Shown here: positions 7,337 through 16,009 of the stretch, piece after piece
Position numbering within the stretch: the stretch's first letter is position 1
Layout: each line of letters begins with the position of its first letter
From: a virus
Virus record (IMG/VR): IMGVR_UViG_3300014556_000001
DNA: 46,977 nt
Direction: 5' to 3' (one strand)
The notes under the pieces: model-generated
What the model was told of the DNA's origin: nothing
The model's input: only the letters and a program-made list of their open reading frames with translations
Database searches by the model: none
Position numbers and translations under genes: made by a program

Positions 7337-9855
7337 AATACTTAGATTTTCTGAAATCTAAAATGGCTATTGCTACCGACAGCGGTTTTGACGTTCTTGA
7401 CAAGAAAATAAACACGGCACTCAAGCCCCACCAGCGTGACATTGTTAAATGGGCTGTAAAAGGTGGCAAGCGTGCTGTGTTTGCCAAGTTCGGACTAGGC
7501 AAGTCAGTTATACAGCTGGAATGGTGTACACAGGTCATAGTTCATGAAGGTGGCAAAGCCCTAATAATATGCCCTCTGGGTGTTAAGCAGGAATTTGTTC
7601 ATGACGCTGTTGAGATACTTGGCTATGACGCACCTACATATGTTAAAACCATGGCAGAGGTGAGGACGTGTTCAGCTGATATCATGATAACGAACTATGA
7701 GAGAGTCCGTGACGGAGATATTGATGTAAAGTATTTCACAGCTACTTCCCTTGACGAAGCGGCCGTATTGAGAAGTTTCGGTAGCAAAACCTATCAAGAA
7801 TTTCTGAAGAAGTTCAACGGCGTTCCATATAAGCTTGTGGCAACCGCAACGCCTGATCCTAACAAGTATAAAGAACTTATCCATTACGCTGGATATCTTG
7901 AAATCATGGACACAGGGCAGGCTCTGACGCGTTTCTTTCAGCGTGACAGCACAAAGGCTAACAACTTGACATTGTACCCTCACAAGGAAGAAGAGTTTTG
8001 GCTATGGGTAAGCTCATGGGCGGTATTTGTTTCAAAGCCGTCAGATGTCAACCCCACATATTCTGACGAGGGATATGATTTGCCTGAGCTAAAAATCAAC
8101 TATCACAGGCTTGCAGTCAGAAAAGACGAGTTGTCAGTCGATAAGTTCGGCCAGAGCAAACTGTTCGATGAAGCTACAGCTAGCTTGCAGGACGAAGCAA
8201 AGATTAAGCGTGAAAGTATATCTCAGCGTGTTGCAGAAGCAGCTAAAATAATAGCTGAAAATCCAGAGGATAGCTTTATTATCTGGCATGACCTTGAAGA
8301 AGAACGCCACGAGATAAAGCGACAGATACCAAATGTTGTTGATATCTATGGTTCTATGGATATCGACTTGCGAGAACGAAGAGCTATCGACTTTGCTAAC
8401 GGCAAAATAAAGCTGTTTGCGACAAAGAAGATACTTTCCGGAAGTGGCTGTAACTTTCAGAAACATTGTCACAGGGCAATATTTATCGGTATCGACTACA
8501 AGTTTAATGACTTCATTCAGGCTGTTCACCGCATATATAGGTTTCTGCAAACTGATGAAGTGACAATCGACATAATCTACATGGACGAAGAAGACGAGAT
8601 AAAAAAGCAGCTGCTTGACAAATGGAAACGTTTCGACTATCAATCTGAGAAAATGGCTGAGATAGTCCGCAAAAACGGCTTGTCTAGCGTTGACAACATC
8701 TCTGACAAAATGAAAAGAAGCATAGGAGTGAAAAGAGTGGTAGTAGAGGGCAATCACTACAAATACATAAACAATGACTGCATATGGGAACTTGAACAAA
8801 TGCCTGACAACAGCGTTGACGAGATAGTAACCTCAATCCCATTTGGTAATCATTACGAGTACACGCCCAGCTACAATGACCTTGGGCACAACGAGGATAA
8901 TGACAGATTCTTTGAGCAAATGGACTATTTGACGCCTAATCTACTGAGAGTGCTGAGACCTGGCAGAGTAGCTTGCATACACGTTAAGGACAGAATTTTA
9001 TTTGGTAATGCAACAGGCGACGGAATGCCGACTGTTGACCCGTTCAGTGACTTGACTGTTATGCACTACATGAAACACGGCTTCCGCTATATGGGCAGAA
9101 TTACAATTACAACTGACGTTGTTCGTGAGAACAATCAGACATATCGCCTTGGTTGGACAGAACAGTGCAAGGACGGCTCAAAAATGGGAGTGGGTTGTCC
9201 AGAGTATGTCCTGCTCTTTAGAAAGCTCCCTACAGATACAAGCAAGGCTTATGCAGACACGCCTGTTACAAAGAGCAAAGCTGATTACAGCAGAGGACGT
9301 TGGCAGATTGACGCTCACGCTTACTGGAGGTCCAGCGGTGATAGGCTCGTGACAAAGGACGAGCTAAAAGAAGTTTCGGTGAACAAGCTTCAAAAGGTAT
9401 ACACGCAGTTTTCAAAGAGCAATGTTTACAACTATGACGAACACGTTGCCTTGGCAGAAAAGCTTGACAAGGAAAACAAATTACCAGCGTCGTTTATGGT
9501 AATCGCCCCTGCAAGCTGGAACGATACAGTCTGGGACGATATCAACCGAATGAGGACGCTCAATGCTGAGCAGCGTAGACGTGATATGCAAATGCACGTT
9601 TGTCCTTTACAGCTCGATATAATCGAACGCCTTATCATTAGGTACTCCAATGAGGGCGATGTTGTGCTTGACCCATTCGGTGGAATAGGTTCAACTCCTA
9701 TGACTGCAATTAAAATGGGGCGATATGGAATAGGCATTGAGCTTAACCCCGACTATTTCCGTGACGGCGTAGGATACTGCAAAGCGGAAGAAGATAAGAT
9801 AGACGTACCAACGTTGTTTGACTTTATGGATAATAAAGAAAAAGCCGCCCCATAG
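7333..9855 (+). CDS. Fusion of an SNF2-type helicase (N-terminal) and an N6-adenine/N4-cytosine DNA methyltransferase (C-terminal)
   Basis: Helicase: LKPHQRD, GLGKS, SLDEAAVLRS, VATATPDPN. MTase: TSIPFGNHYEY (motif IV-like) precedes LDPFGGIGST (motif I), which is the beta-class order. Confidence 0.85.
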   Translation: MKYLDFLKSKMAIATDSGFDVLDKKINTALKPHQRDIVKWAVKGGKRAVFAKFGLGKSVIQLEWCTQVIVHEGGKALIICPLGVKQEFVHDAVEILGYDAPTYVKTMAEVRTCSADIMITNYERVRDGDIDVKYFTATSLDEAAVLRSFGSKTYQEFLKKFNGVPYKLVATATPDPNKYKELIHYAGYLEIMDTGQALTRFFQRDSTKANNLTLYPHKEEEFWLWVSSWAVFVSKPSDVNPTYSDEGYDLPELKINYHRLAVRKDELSVDKFGQSKLFDEATASLQDEAKIKRESISQRVAEAAKIIAENPEDSFIIWHDLEEERHEIKRQIPNVVDIYGSMDIDLRERRAIDFANGKIKLFATKKILSGSGCNFQKHCHRAIFIGIDYKFNDFIQAVHRIYRFLQTDEVTIDIIYMDEEDEIKKQLLDKWKRFDYQSEKMAEIVRKNGLSSVDNISDKMKRSIGVKRVVVEGNHYKYINNDCIWELEQMPDNSVDEIVTSIPFGNHYEYTPSYNDLGHNEDNDRFFEQMDYLTPNLLRVLRPGRVACIHVKDRILFGNATGDGMPTVDPFSDLTVMHYMKHGFRYMGRITITTDVVRENNQTYRLGWTEQCKDGSKMGVGCPEYVLLFRKLPTDTSKAYADTPVTKSKADYSRGRWQIDAHAYWRSSGDRLVTKDELKEVSVNKLQKVYTQFSKSNVYNYDEHVALAEKLDKENKLPASFMVIAPASWNDTVWDDINRMRTLNAEQRRRDMQMHVCPLQLDIIERLIIRYSNEGDVVLDPFGGIGSTPMTAIKMGRYGIGIELNPDYFRDGVGYCKAEEDKIDVPTLFDFMDNKEKAAP

Positions 9856-9861
9856 GGCGGC
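9844..9861 (-). terminator. GC hairpin (GCCGCCC-cata-GGGCGGC), followed on the minus strand by a T-rich run. It overlaps the last codons of the methyltransferase.
   Basis: Stem read directly. The minus-strand reading is GCCGCCCTATGGGGCGGCTTTTCTTTATT. Confidence 0.5.
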
Positions 9862-9867
9862 ATAAGA

Positions 9868-10023
9868 TTATATTCGATAACGTTTCTTGATAAATGTATA
9901 AAGCCCAACGGCAATCGATACTATGAGCAGACCACCAAGGACAGGGACGGTATCAACGAGTTTCACAAAGGCAAATGCAAAAATCTTAATCGTTGACCAC
10001 ATAGACTGCAATAGTTGTAACAT
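9868..10023 (-). CDS. 51-aa small membrane protein, the only minus-strand gene in the early block
   Basis: MLQLLQSMWSTIKIFAFAFVKLVDTVPVLGGLLIVSIAVGLYTFIKKRYRI. RBS GAAAGGAGTG lies upstream of ATG (10023). Hand-translated. Confidence 0.55.
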   Translation of the reverse strand: MLQLLQSMWSTIKIFAFAFVKLVDTVPVLGGLLIVSIAVGLYTFIKKRYRI

Positions 10024-10138
10024 TTTATCACTCCTTTCTTGAAATTTTATACATTATAACACCATAGGATATGATTGTCAATGGACATAACAAACAAAAC
10101 GCAGGACTTTCACACATTGAACACAAAAGGAGGAACAT

Positions 10139-10321
10139 ATGAGTAAAATAAAAATTTTTAAAGAAATTCTAACAGCAGTTGGTATATGGAGTTTGGTCGG
10201 CTTATCATGGCAAATACTTGAGATTTTGATGTATGGTGAGATACAGCCGCGAGGTGTAGACACAATTGTTACCGCTGTGCTGAGTCTATCTATATATATA
10301 AACTTAGAGATGTTGGAGTGA
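10139..10321 (+). CDS. 60-aa small membrane protein
   Basis: ORF track. RBS AAAGGAGGAA upstream. Two hydrophobic segments. Confidence 0.55.
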   Translation: MSKIKIFKEILTAVGIWSLVGLSWQILEILMYGEIQPRGVDTIVTAVLSLSIYINLEMLE

Positions 10322-10325
10322 TAAC

Positions 10326-10721
10326 ATGGGTAACAACAAATTTTGTACCAGTTGCAAGTATTTTGAAAAAGCACCTGACAACTGCGGCAGAAAGAACGGA
10401 AAATACGGGCTATGCGTTCGTCAAATGAAATTCGGCCTAAAACCAATGGTAGTCAACTATCATCATTCTGTATGTGAAGAATTCAAAGACAAGATAGAGG
10501 CTGTAAAATGCAGTGCTGCTACGACGCTTTGTTGGTACTGCAAACACGCAGTGCCAAAGAGCGACAAGCGGACAGGTGAGCAGATAACAGGGTGCAGTTG
10601 GTCGATAGACAGACAGCCTGTGCGTGGTTGGAAGACGCACTGTCATAGGGTTTATAAGGGACAGAAAGGCACGTTGCAGTCATACACTGTGACGGAGTGC
10701 CCTGAGTTTGAGGAGGGGTAA
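10326..10721 (+). CDS. Cys-rich hypothetical protein (putative zinc-binding)
   Basis: FCTSCKYFEKAPDNCG and CWYCKHAVP motifs. ORF track. Confidence 0.65.
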   Translation: MGNNKFCTSCKYFEKAPDNCGRKNGKYGLCVRQMKFGLKPMVVNYHHSVCEEFKDKIEAVKCSAATTLCWYCKHAVPKSDKRTGEQITGCSWSIDRQPVRGWKTHCHRVYKGQKGTLQSYTVTECPEFEEG

Positions 10722-10722
10722 A

Positions 10723-11397
10723 ATGAAGGTATTAGTAGCCTGCGAAATGTCGCAAGAGGTCTGCAAGGCATTTCGTGCAAAAGGTCACGAAGCATACAGC
10801 TGCGACATTCAGACGTGTTCAGGCGGCCACCCTGAATGGCATATCTTAGGCGACGCTCTGGCTGTTATCAACGGCAATGCAGATTTTACTACTTGTGACG
10901 GGCAGACACATACAGTAGACAAATGGGATTTGCTGATAGCTCATCCGCCGTGTACATATCTTAGCAACGCAGGGGCAGTACGGCTGTACAAAAAAATTAA
11001 TGAAAAAAGATACATTGATCTTGAAAGATTTGAAAATGGACAAGACGCAAAAGAATTTTTCCTGAAATTTATTCATGCACCTGTTGAAAAAATAGCTGTT
11101 GAAAACCCGATACCATCTGGTGTATATCGGTTGCCAAAATACACGCAGATTATACAGCCGTATGAATACGGACACCCGTACAGTAAAAAAACGTGTTTGT
11201 GGCTGAAAAATCTGCCTAAATTGACACCGACAAATATTGTTAAACCCATATGTTCATGGGTGTCAGGAGGTAGCAAAAAGTCGGACGGCACTGCACGCAC
11301 AAACTGTGGAATGATTCATGACAGCAAGACTAGATCCAAAACATTTTCAGGCATAGCACAAGCAATGGCTGAACAATGGGGAGGCGAGGAGAAATAG
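10723..11397 (+). CDS. DNA cytosine-C5 methyltransferase-like protein (divergent; no canonical motif I seen)
   Basis: MKVLVACEMSQEV..., IAHPPCTYLSNAG (PC motif IV-like) and IAVENPIPS (ENV motif VI-like). ATG 10723 follows GAGGAGGGG. Confidence 0.6.
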   Translation: MKVLVACEMSQEVCKAFRAKGHEAYSCDIQTCSGGHPEWHILGDALAVINGNADFTTCDGQTHTVDKWDLLIAHPPCTYLSNAGAVRLYKKINEKRYIDLERFENGQDAKEFFLKFIHAPVEKIAVENPIPSGVYRLPKYTQIIQPYEYGHPYSKKTCLWLKNLPKLTPTNIVKPICSWVSGGSKKSDGTARTNCGMIHDSKTRSKTFSGIAQAMAEQWGGEEK

Positions 11398-11398
11398 C

Positions 11399-11548
11399 AT
11401 GACAAAAATCAAGCCCGAATACATCTTCCCACTTCTGCTGATTTTACTGGACGTGGGAGCGGCAATTATATATGCCGTACAGAAAGACTACAAAAAGGCT
11501 GTCTACTGGTTAGCGGCGGCAGTGCTGAATGTGACAGTGACGTTTTAG
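11399..11548 (+). CDS. 49-aa small membrane protein (too short for the ORF track)
   Basis: MTKIKPEYIFPLLLILLDVGAAIIYAVQKDYKKAVYWLAAAVLNVTVTF. It starts 2 nt after the upstream stop. Confidence 0.5.
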   Translation: MTKIKPEYIFPLLLILLDVGAAIIYAVQKDYKKAVYWLAAAVLNVTVTF

Positions 11549-11559
11549 GAGGTATAACA

Positions 11560-11853
11560 ATGGCAAGATATATTGACGCAGACAATCTGATTAACGAACT
11601 ATCGGCGGCGTGTATGCCGATATACGAAAAGGGCATAACAGGCATTCTGGGTGATAACAGTAGCATTGCCGATATAATCAACGAACAGCCTACCGCAGAC
11701 GTGCAGGAGGTACAGCATGGAGAATGGAAAAATCAAGAACCAGGATATCGTGCTGCAGACTTTATGTGTAGTGTTTGTCATTCTGAGAGTGATAAATTAT
11801 TTGATTACTGCCCTGACTGCGGAGCTAGAATGGACGGTGACAGAAATGGATAA
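11560..11853 (+). CDS. Hypothetical protein with a C-terminal zinc ribbon
   Basis: RBS AGGAGG upstream. CSVCHSES...YCPDCG. Confidence 0.65.
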   Translation: MARYIDADNLINELSAACMPIYEKGITGILGDNSSIADIINEQPTADVQEVQHGEWKNQEPGYRAADFMCSVCHSESDKLFDYCPDCGARMDGDRNG

Positions 11854-12022
11854 AACCTGTTCAAATTGCAAACACGCAATAGGCTTCGGTCCTCAGCATG
11901 ACAAGGTACTATATACTTTTTGCGCAAAGCGAAGTGATGTCGCAAAGATCAAATTTCTCGTAGTGAACAGAAAGAACAAATGCTATGCGTGGGAGAAAAG
12001 GAGTGATGAAGACAATGCGTGA
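11846..12022 (+). CDS. 58-aa Cys-rich mini-protein
   Basis: MDKTCSNCKHAIGF... The ATG overlaps the end of the upstream gene and is in frame within track ORF 11717-12022. Confidence 0.5.
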   Translation: MDKTCSNCKHAIGFGPQHDKVLYTFCAKRSDVAKIKFLVVNRKNKCYAWEKRSDEDNA

Positions 12023-12407
12023 AATACTTTTTAGAGGAAAACGTGTAAATAATGGTGAATGGTTTCAGGGCTATCCATGCCACTATGGTTGGATAGGAAA
12101 AGAAAAAGACTATATCATACCCGATTATGCAAGTGCGTTATATACAGCCGAAGTTGACCCTGAGACAATCGGTCAGTACACAGGTCTTACCGACGTGAAC
12201 GGCAATAAGATTTTTGAGGGGGATGTTGTACGGTACGATTACGAAGAAGAACGAGGTATTGTACAGTGGGATAATGATACAGCCAGATTTATCATAACCT
12301 GTTCTACATTCATAAGTGATTTTGACAGCGTTTATGGCGAAGAACTAGAAATTATCGGAAACGTTTATGACAATCCTGAACTTTTGGAGCGAGGTAATTC
12401 CATATGA
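12006..12407 (+). CDS. YopX-family protein
   Basis: REILFRGKRVNNGEWFQGY...IGQYTGLTDVNGNKIFEGDVV...EIIGNVYDNPELLE is the typical YopX pattern. Confidence 0.8.
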   Translation: MKTMREILFRGKRVNNGEWFQGYPCHYGWIGKEKDYIIPDYASALYTAEVDPETIGQYTGLTDVNGNKIFEGDVVRYDYEEERGIVQWDNDTARFIITCSTFISDFDSVYGEELEIIGNVYDNPELLERGNSI

Positions 12408-13048
12408 CCAACAGAAAAATCAGAGATTACCAGCGAAACCGCAAACTCAAAGGCATTGTCGACGCAAACTTCAAGACCTTTGCGACTGTGGTAATTGCTC
12501 TCAAACACCTGTTCCCACACGACTGGTACAACAAAACCATAACCGACTTTACAACATCGTATGCCGAATTTACGGCACATATGAACGACTATGATGCAGA
12601 AGCATACGATTTCCGCGTTGAAGATTCTTGCCGCAAGCTGAACATCAGCGACAGCGACACCTACGATATTATTTTCAGGCTTAACGGCAAGCTCCCTGCT
12701 GAAATTTTTCTAGCGTTACAAAACAACTTGAAATGTATGCTGATACATTTGCGCTTGAATTGCAGCATCGGCTCACAGAGATATGCAAAACTAATTGCAT
12801 ATCTCAAATCAGATGCCAAGATATGCGGACAAGCAGATCTTACAGCACTCGGCTTATCGTTCGACGACGACGTTGACTATCGTAAACTCAAATCTAAAAC
12901 CGAGCAACCGACTTATTCCGACGGAATTAAAGCTCAGCAAATACTGAAAGCACTGAAAGCATACCAAGACGAGGTGATTAAATGTCAGCAACAGCTTTCG
13001 AGCAAATCAAAGAGCGACTTACCTGCGTCGAGTACGCACGCAGGATAG
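12404..13048 (+). CDS. Hypothetical protein. Its 3' end overlaps the primase start by 67 nt.
   Basis: ORF track. ATGA overlap with the YopX stop. Confidence 0.65.
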   Translation: MTNRKIRDYQRNRKLKGIVDANFKTFATVVIALKHLFPHDWYNKTITDFTTSYAEFTAHMNDYDAEAYDFRVEDSCRKLNISDSDTYDIIFRLNGKLPAEIFLALQNNLKCMLIHLRLNCSIGSQRYAKLIAYLKSDAKICGQADLTALGLSFDDDVDYRKLKSKTEQPTYSDGIKAQQILKALKAYQDEVIKCQQQLSSKSKSDLPASSTHAG

Positions 13049-15477
13049 GTCTTGCAATAAACAAACCAGGTGACAGATGTGTATCCCCTTTGCGGTCCTC
13101 AGCAAACAACAAGTCATCGTTCGTTGTCTACGACGATTATTACTATGACCACGGAGACTCCAAGGGCGGTGACGTTATCGACTTCTGCGCCAACTGTGAG
13201 TTCAACGGGAACCGATCAGAGGCACTCCATAAACTCGCAGATCTCACAGGAGTAACCCTCAACTATCAGACGGACAATTGGAAATCCGCACTTGATTCTC
13301 GTACAAAACTCGTTGAGAAGTGGCACTCTCAGCTGCGCCCCGAGGATATCGACTATCTGCATGGCCGTAACATTAACGATCAGACCATTAACCGCCTGAA
13401 AATCGGCTACACAGGCGAGGGCTATCGCGTAGAACTCCCCGACAAAATAGCCGAACACTATGCTGCTAATCGTATATGTATCCCCTATTTCAAGAACGGA
13501 TATATAGCTTCCTGGAATGCTCGTGCAACGTCAGATAAGCAGAAGGTCAAGTATCTCAAGCCACCAGCCTCAGACAACTCTGACCGAGCTGTCATCTGGG
13601 GTATGCACACACTCAATCGCACGTCGAGCAACCTCCCTCTCGTTATCTGTGAGGGAGCGTTTGACGCTTTAAGCTATGAGCAGGAAAACTATCCGATACT
13701 AGCGACTATGGGCGGAGCTTTCAGCAAATCTAATCGCGAACAGCTTCCTGTGGTAATTTCAGCCGCTAAGCAGTTTCCATACGTCCTGCTTAGTTTCGAC
13801 ACCGACGAGCCTGGCAGAAAATTCACTCTTAAACTTGGCAAGCAGCTATTCTCGCACCGCATACCTTTCAAGGTAGCGGCTATACCGCCTGCATTCAAGG
13901 ACGTGTCAGAGTATTACTCGCACGGCTATCCGCTTGCAGATATCATTGACAATGCCACCCCAGGTGTCAACGAACTTGCCAAGCGACTTACGGACCGCGA
14001 GGAACTCAAGCAGTTCTGCCACGAAGCCGCACGCTGGGTAGCCAAGCCTGAGCTATCAGATTTATTCTCTGCTATCCGTGAGAACATCTCAATATACCGC
14101 CCTGAGATGTCAAGCGACTATCTCAACGAATTGCGCAAGTCCTGCTTCGCATCCCCTAACGAGGATATCATAGCAAAATACGTTGCCAAGCGACATAATC
14201 TCAGATACCTTGCCAACGTGGGCTTCTACGAATATTCGCATGGCTACTGGCAAGCTCTCGATGATGATGTAATCGGCGGCTACATATCCCGTGAGCTGGG
14301 TTCATATCGCACAGGCAGCAAGCTCACATCAATTACGAAGCTTCTCCGCACCGACTGTATCACGCAGGAACAGTTCAATAAGCAACCTCTCTTGAGCTTC
14401 ATCAACGGCACGCTAGACCTCAGAGACCTCACATTCCGTGAGCACTCCCCGTCTGATATGCTAACGGTACAGTTCAATTTTCCATACGTCCCCGGCACAA
14501 CGTCTGAACGCTGGAACAAATTCATATACGATGTTTCAGCAGGCGACGCCAAACGTATGTCCCTCTTGCAGGAGATAGCGGGATATATTCTCTATACAGA
14601 TTGCTCCTTGCAGTCATGTGCTTTTCTTCTCGGAGAGGGCTCAAACGGCAAGTCCGTGTATATTGAAACCCTGCAATCCATTTTCCCGAAAGACGCTCAA
14701 ACGACTTTCGAGCTGTCAGGCCTTGTTGAGGACTTCAAACGCATTAAGTTGATGAATTCTCTCGTCAACTTCGGTGAGGAAACAAACACGGACGTTAAGG
14801 GTGCAGAGTCTGTTTTCAAGCAAGTCGTTGCAGGCGGTGCAATCTCAGGCTGTTTCAAGCATAAGGACTTTGTAGACTTTATCCCACGGACGAAATTTAT
14901 CTTTGCGTGCAACAATATTCCGCACTTTAAGGACTTCTCATATGGCCTTGAACGTCGTATGCTGTTCGTTAAATTCTCACGCCGCTTTGTGGACGAGCCA
15001 GACCCCGGCAAGCCGAACGAAATGAAAGCTGACCGTACTCTCAAGGACAAGCTCCTTGCGGACAAACCTGCAATCTTCAACTGGATACTCGAAGGTTATA
15101 ACCGCCTCAGACAAACTAGCGCATTCACTGTAACGGACGACTCTGAGGACCTCAAACAATCCTTCCGTGAGGTTATCAACCCTGTTTCGGAGTTTGTTTC
15201 CGAAGAGCCGTATGCTGAGTTTTTTAATACTCAAAGCACCGACTATATCAGCAACACAAAGCTGTATCAGTTTTACCGCACATGGTGTGAAGAAACAGGT
15301 CATCACGCCAAAGCACTTTCGTCATTCAGCAGAGAGTTTAAGCGACTTACCGAAGATAAGTTAATTGCCGTGCGCAGAACGAAAGAGCGAGGCTATCAAC
15401 TCAAGGATTCTCAGCTCAAGGATTCTCAGCAGAAAATCAGCATCTATAACGGCGACGGCTTTGATGAACTTCTCTGA
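12982..15477 (+). CDS. DNA primase / D5-P4-type replicative helicase (zinc-binding N-terminus, Toprim, SF3-like NTPase)
   Basis: Toprim-like LVICEGAFDALS and LLSFDTDEPG. Walker A LLGEGSNGKSV. Walker B-like NFGEE. RBS GAGGTG upstream of ATG 12982. Confidence 0.85.
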   Translation: MSATAFEQIKERLTCVEYARRIGLAINKPGDRCVSPLRSSANNKSSFVVYDDYYYDHGDSKGGDVIDFCANCEFNGNRSEALHKLADLTGVTLNYQTDNWKSALDSRTKLVEKWHSQLRPEDIDYLHGRNINDQTINRLKIGYTGEGYRVELPDKIAEHYAANRICIPYFKNGYIASWNARATSDKQKVKYLKPPASDNSDRAVIWGMHTLNRTSSNLPLVICEGAFDALSYEQENYPILATMGGAFSKSNREQLPVVISAAKQFPYVLLSFDTDEPGRKFTLKLGKQLFSHRIPFKVAAIPPAFKDVSEYYSHGYPLADIIDNATPGVNELAKRLTDREELKQFCHEAARWVAKPELSDLFSAIRENISIYRPEMSSDYLNELRKSCFASPNEDIIAKYVAKRHNLRYLANVGFYEYSHGYWQALDDDVIGGYISRELGSYRTGSKLTSITKLLRTDCITQEQFNKQPLLSFINGTLDLRDLTFREHSPSDMLTVQFNFPYVPGTTSERWNKFIYDVSAGDAKRMSLLQEIAGYILYTDCSLQSCAFLLGEGSNGKSVYIETLQSIFPKDAQTTFELSGLVEDFKRIKLMNSLVNFGEETNTDVKGAESVFKQVVAGGAISGCFKHKDFVDFIPRTKFIFACNNIPHFKDFSYGLERRMLFVKFSRRFVDEPDPGKPNEMKADRTLKDKLLADKPAIFNWILEGYNRLRQTSAFTVTDDSEDLKQSFREVINPVSEFVSEEPYAEFFNTQSTDYISNTKLYQFYRTWCEETGHHAKALSSFSREFKRLTEDKLIAVRRTKERGYQLKDSQLKDSQQKISIYNGDGFDELL

Positions 15478-15496
15478 CCGCCCATGGCAGCCGCCT

Positions 15497-15791
15497 ATGA
15501 CAGATGTATCTGCGCAATCCGACATGTTATCCGTCATAATCCGTCATGGGCTCTCACTTGTTAATAATTAATTCGCAAAACGCACGTTCGTTCTGGTTCA
15601 TGACAGATATAAAACCACATCTGTCATGGGTAATCCGTCATCTGTCATAGCCCCTATATTCCTAGCTTTGCAGGGTGCTTATGACAGCATGACAGATACT
15701 TTTAACAAAGTACAAATATTAATAAATATAAATACATATAGAAAAAACGAAATTTTGTCATAAAGTCATGTCATTCTGTCATATCCGTCAT
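15497..15791. repeat. Iteron-like array: 14 copies of a GTCAT core, as (C/T)(C/T)GTCAT or its complement ATGACAG
   Basis: GTCAT starts at 15533, 15543, 15623, 15637, 15644, 15757, 15765, 15770, 15778 and 15787. ATGAC starts at 15497, 15600, 15681 and 15689. Non-coding and AT-rich. Confidence 0.7.
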
Positions 15792-15805
15792 AAGGAGGTT
15801 TTATA

Positions 15806-16009
15806 ATGTCCAATTACGCCGATTATCTCAGCTGCATTTCAGACCCGCATATCTATGCTGTGATGAAATGTATTTACGTTCAAAAGCTCACGCAGGAACA
15901 AACTGCCGAGCAACTTTGTATCTCACCTTCGACTGTCTATCGCGTTCACAAGGTAGGCTGTCGCACAATCAATGAAATTATCCAAGGAGGTGTTCAGAAT
16001 GGCAAATGA
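15806..16009 (+). CDS. Small sigma-70 region-4-like / HTH protein (candidate late-gene activator)
   Basis: LTQEQTAEQLCISPSTVYRVHKVGCRTINEII. RBS AAGGAGG. It lies immediately upstream of terS. Confidence 0.65.
   Translation: MSNYADYLSCISDPHIYAVMKCIYVQKLTQEQTAEQLCISPSTVYRVHKVGCRTINEIIQGGVQNGK

Noticed and set aside
12982-13048. 67-nt overlap between ORF 12404-13048 and the primase start, as a possible frameshift fusion
   Set aside because: The primase ATG 12982 has a good RBS (GAGGTG) and a plausible N-terminus. There is no slippery site. The overlap is most simply an ordinary extended gene overlap or a slightly late stop.
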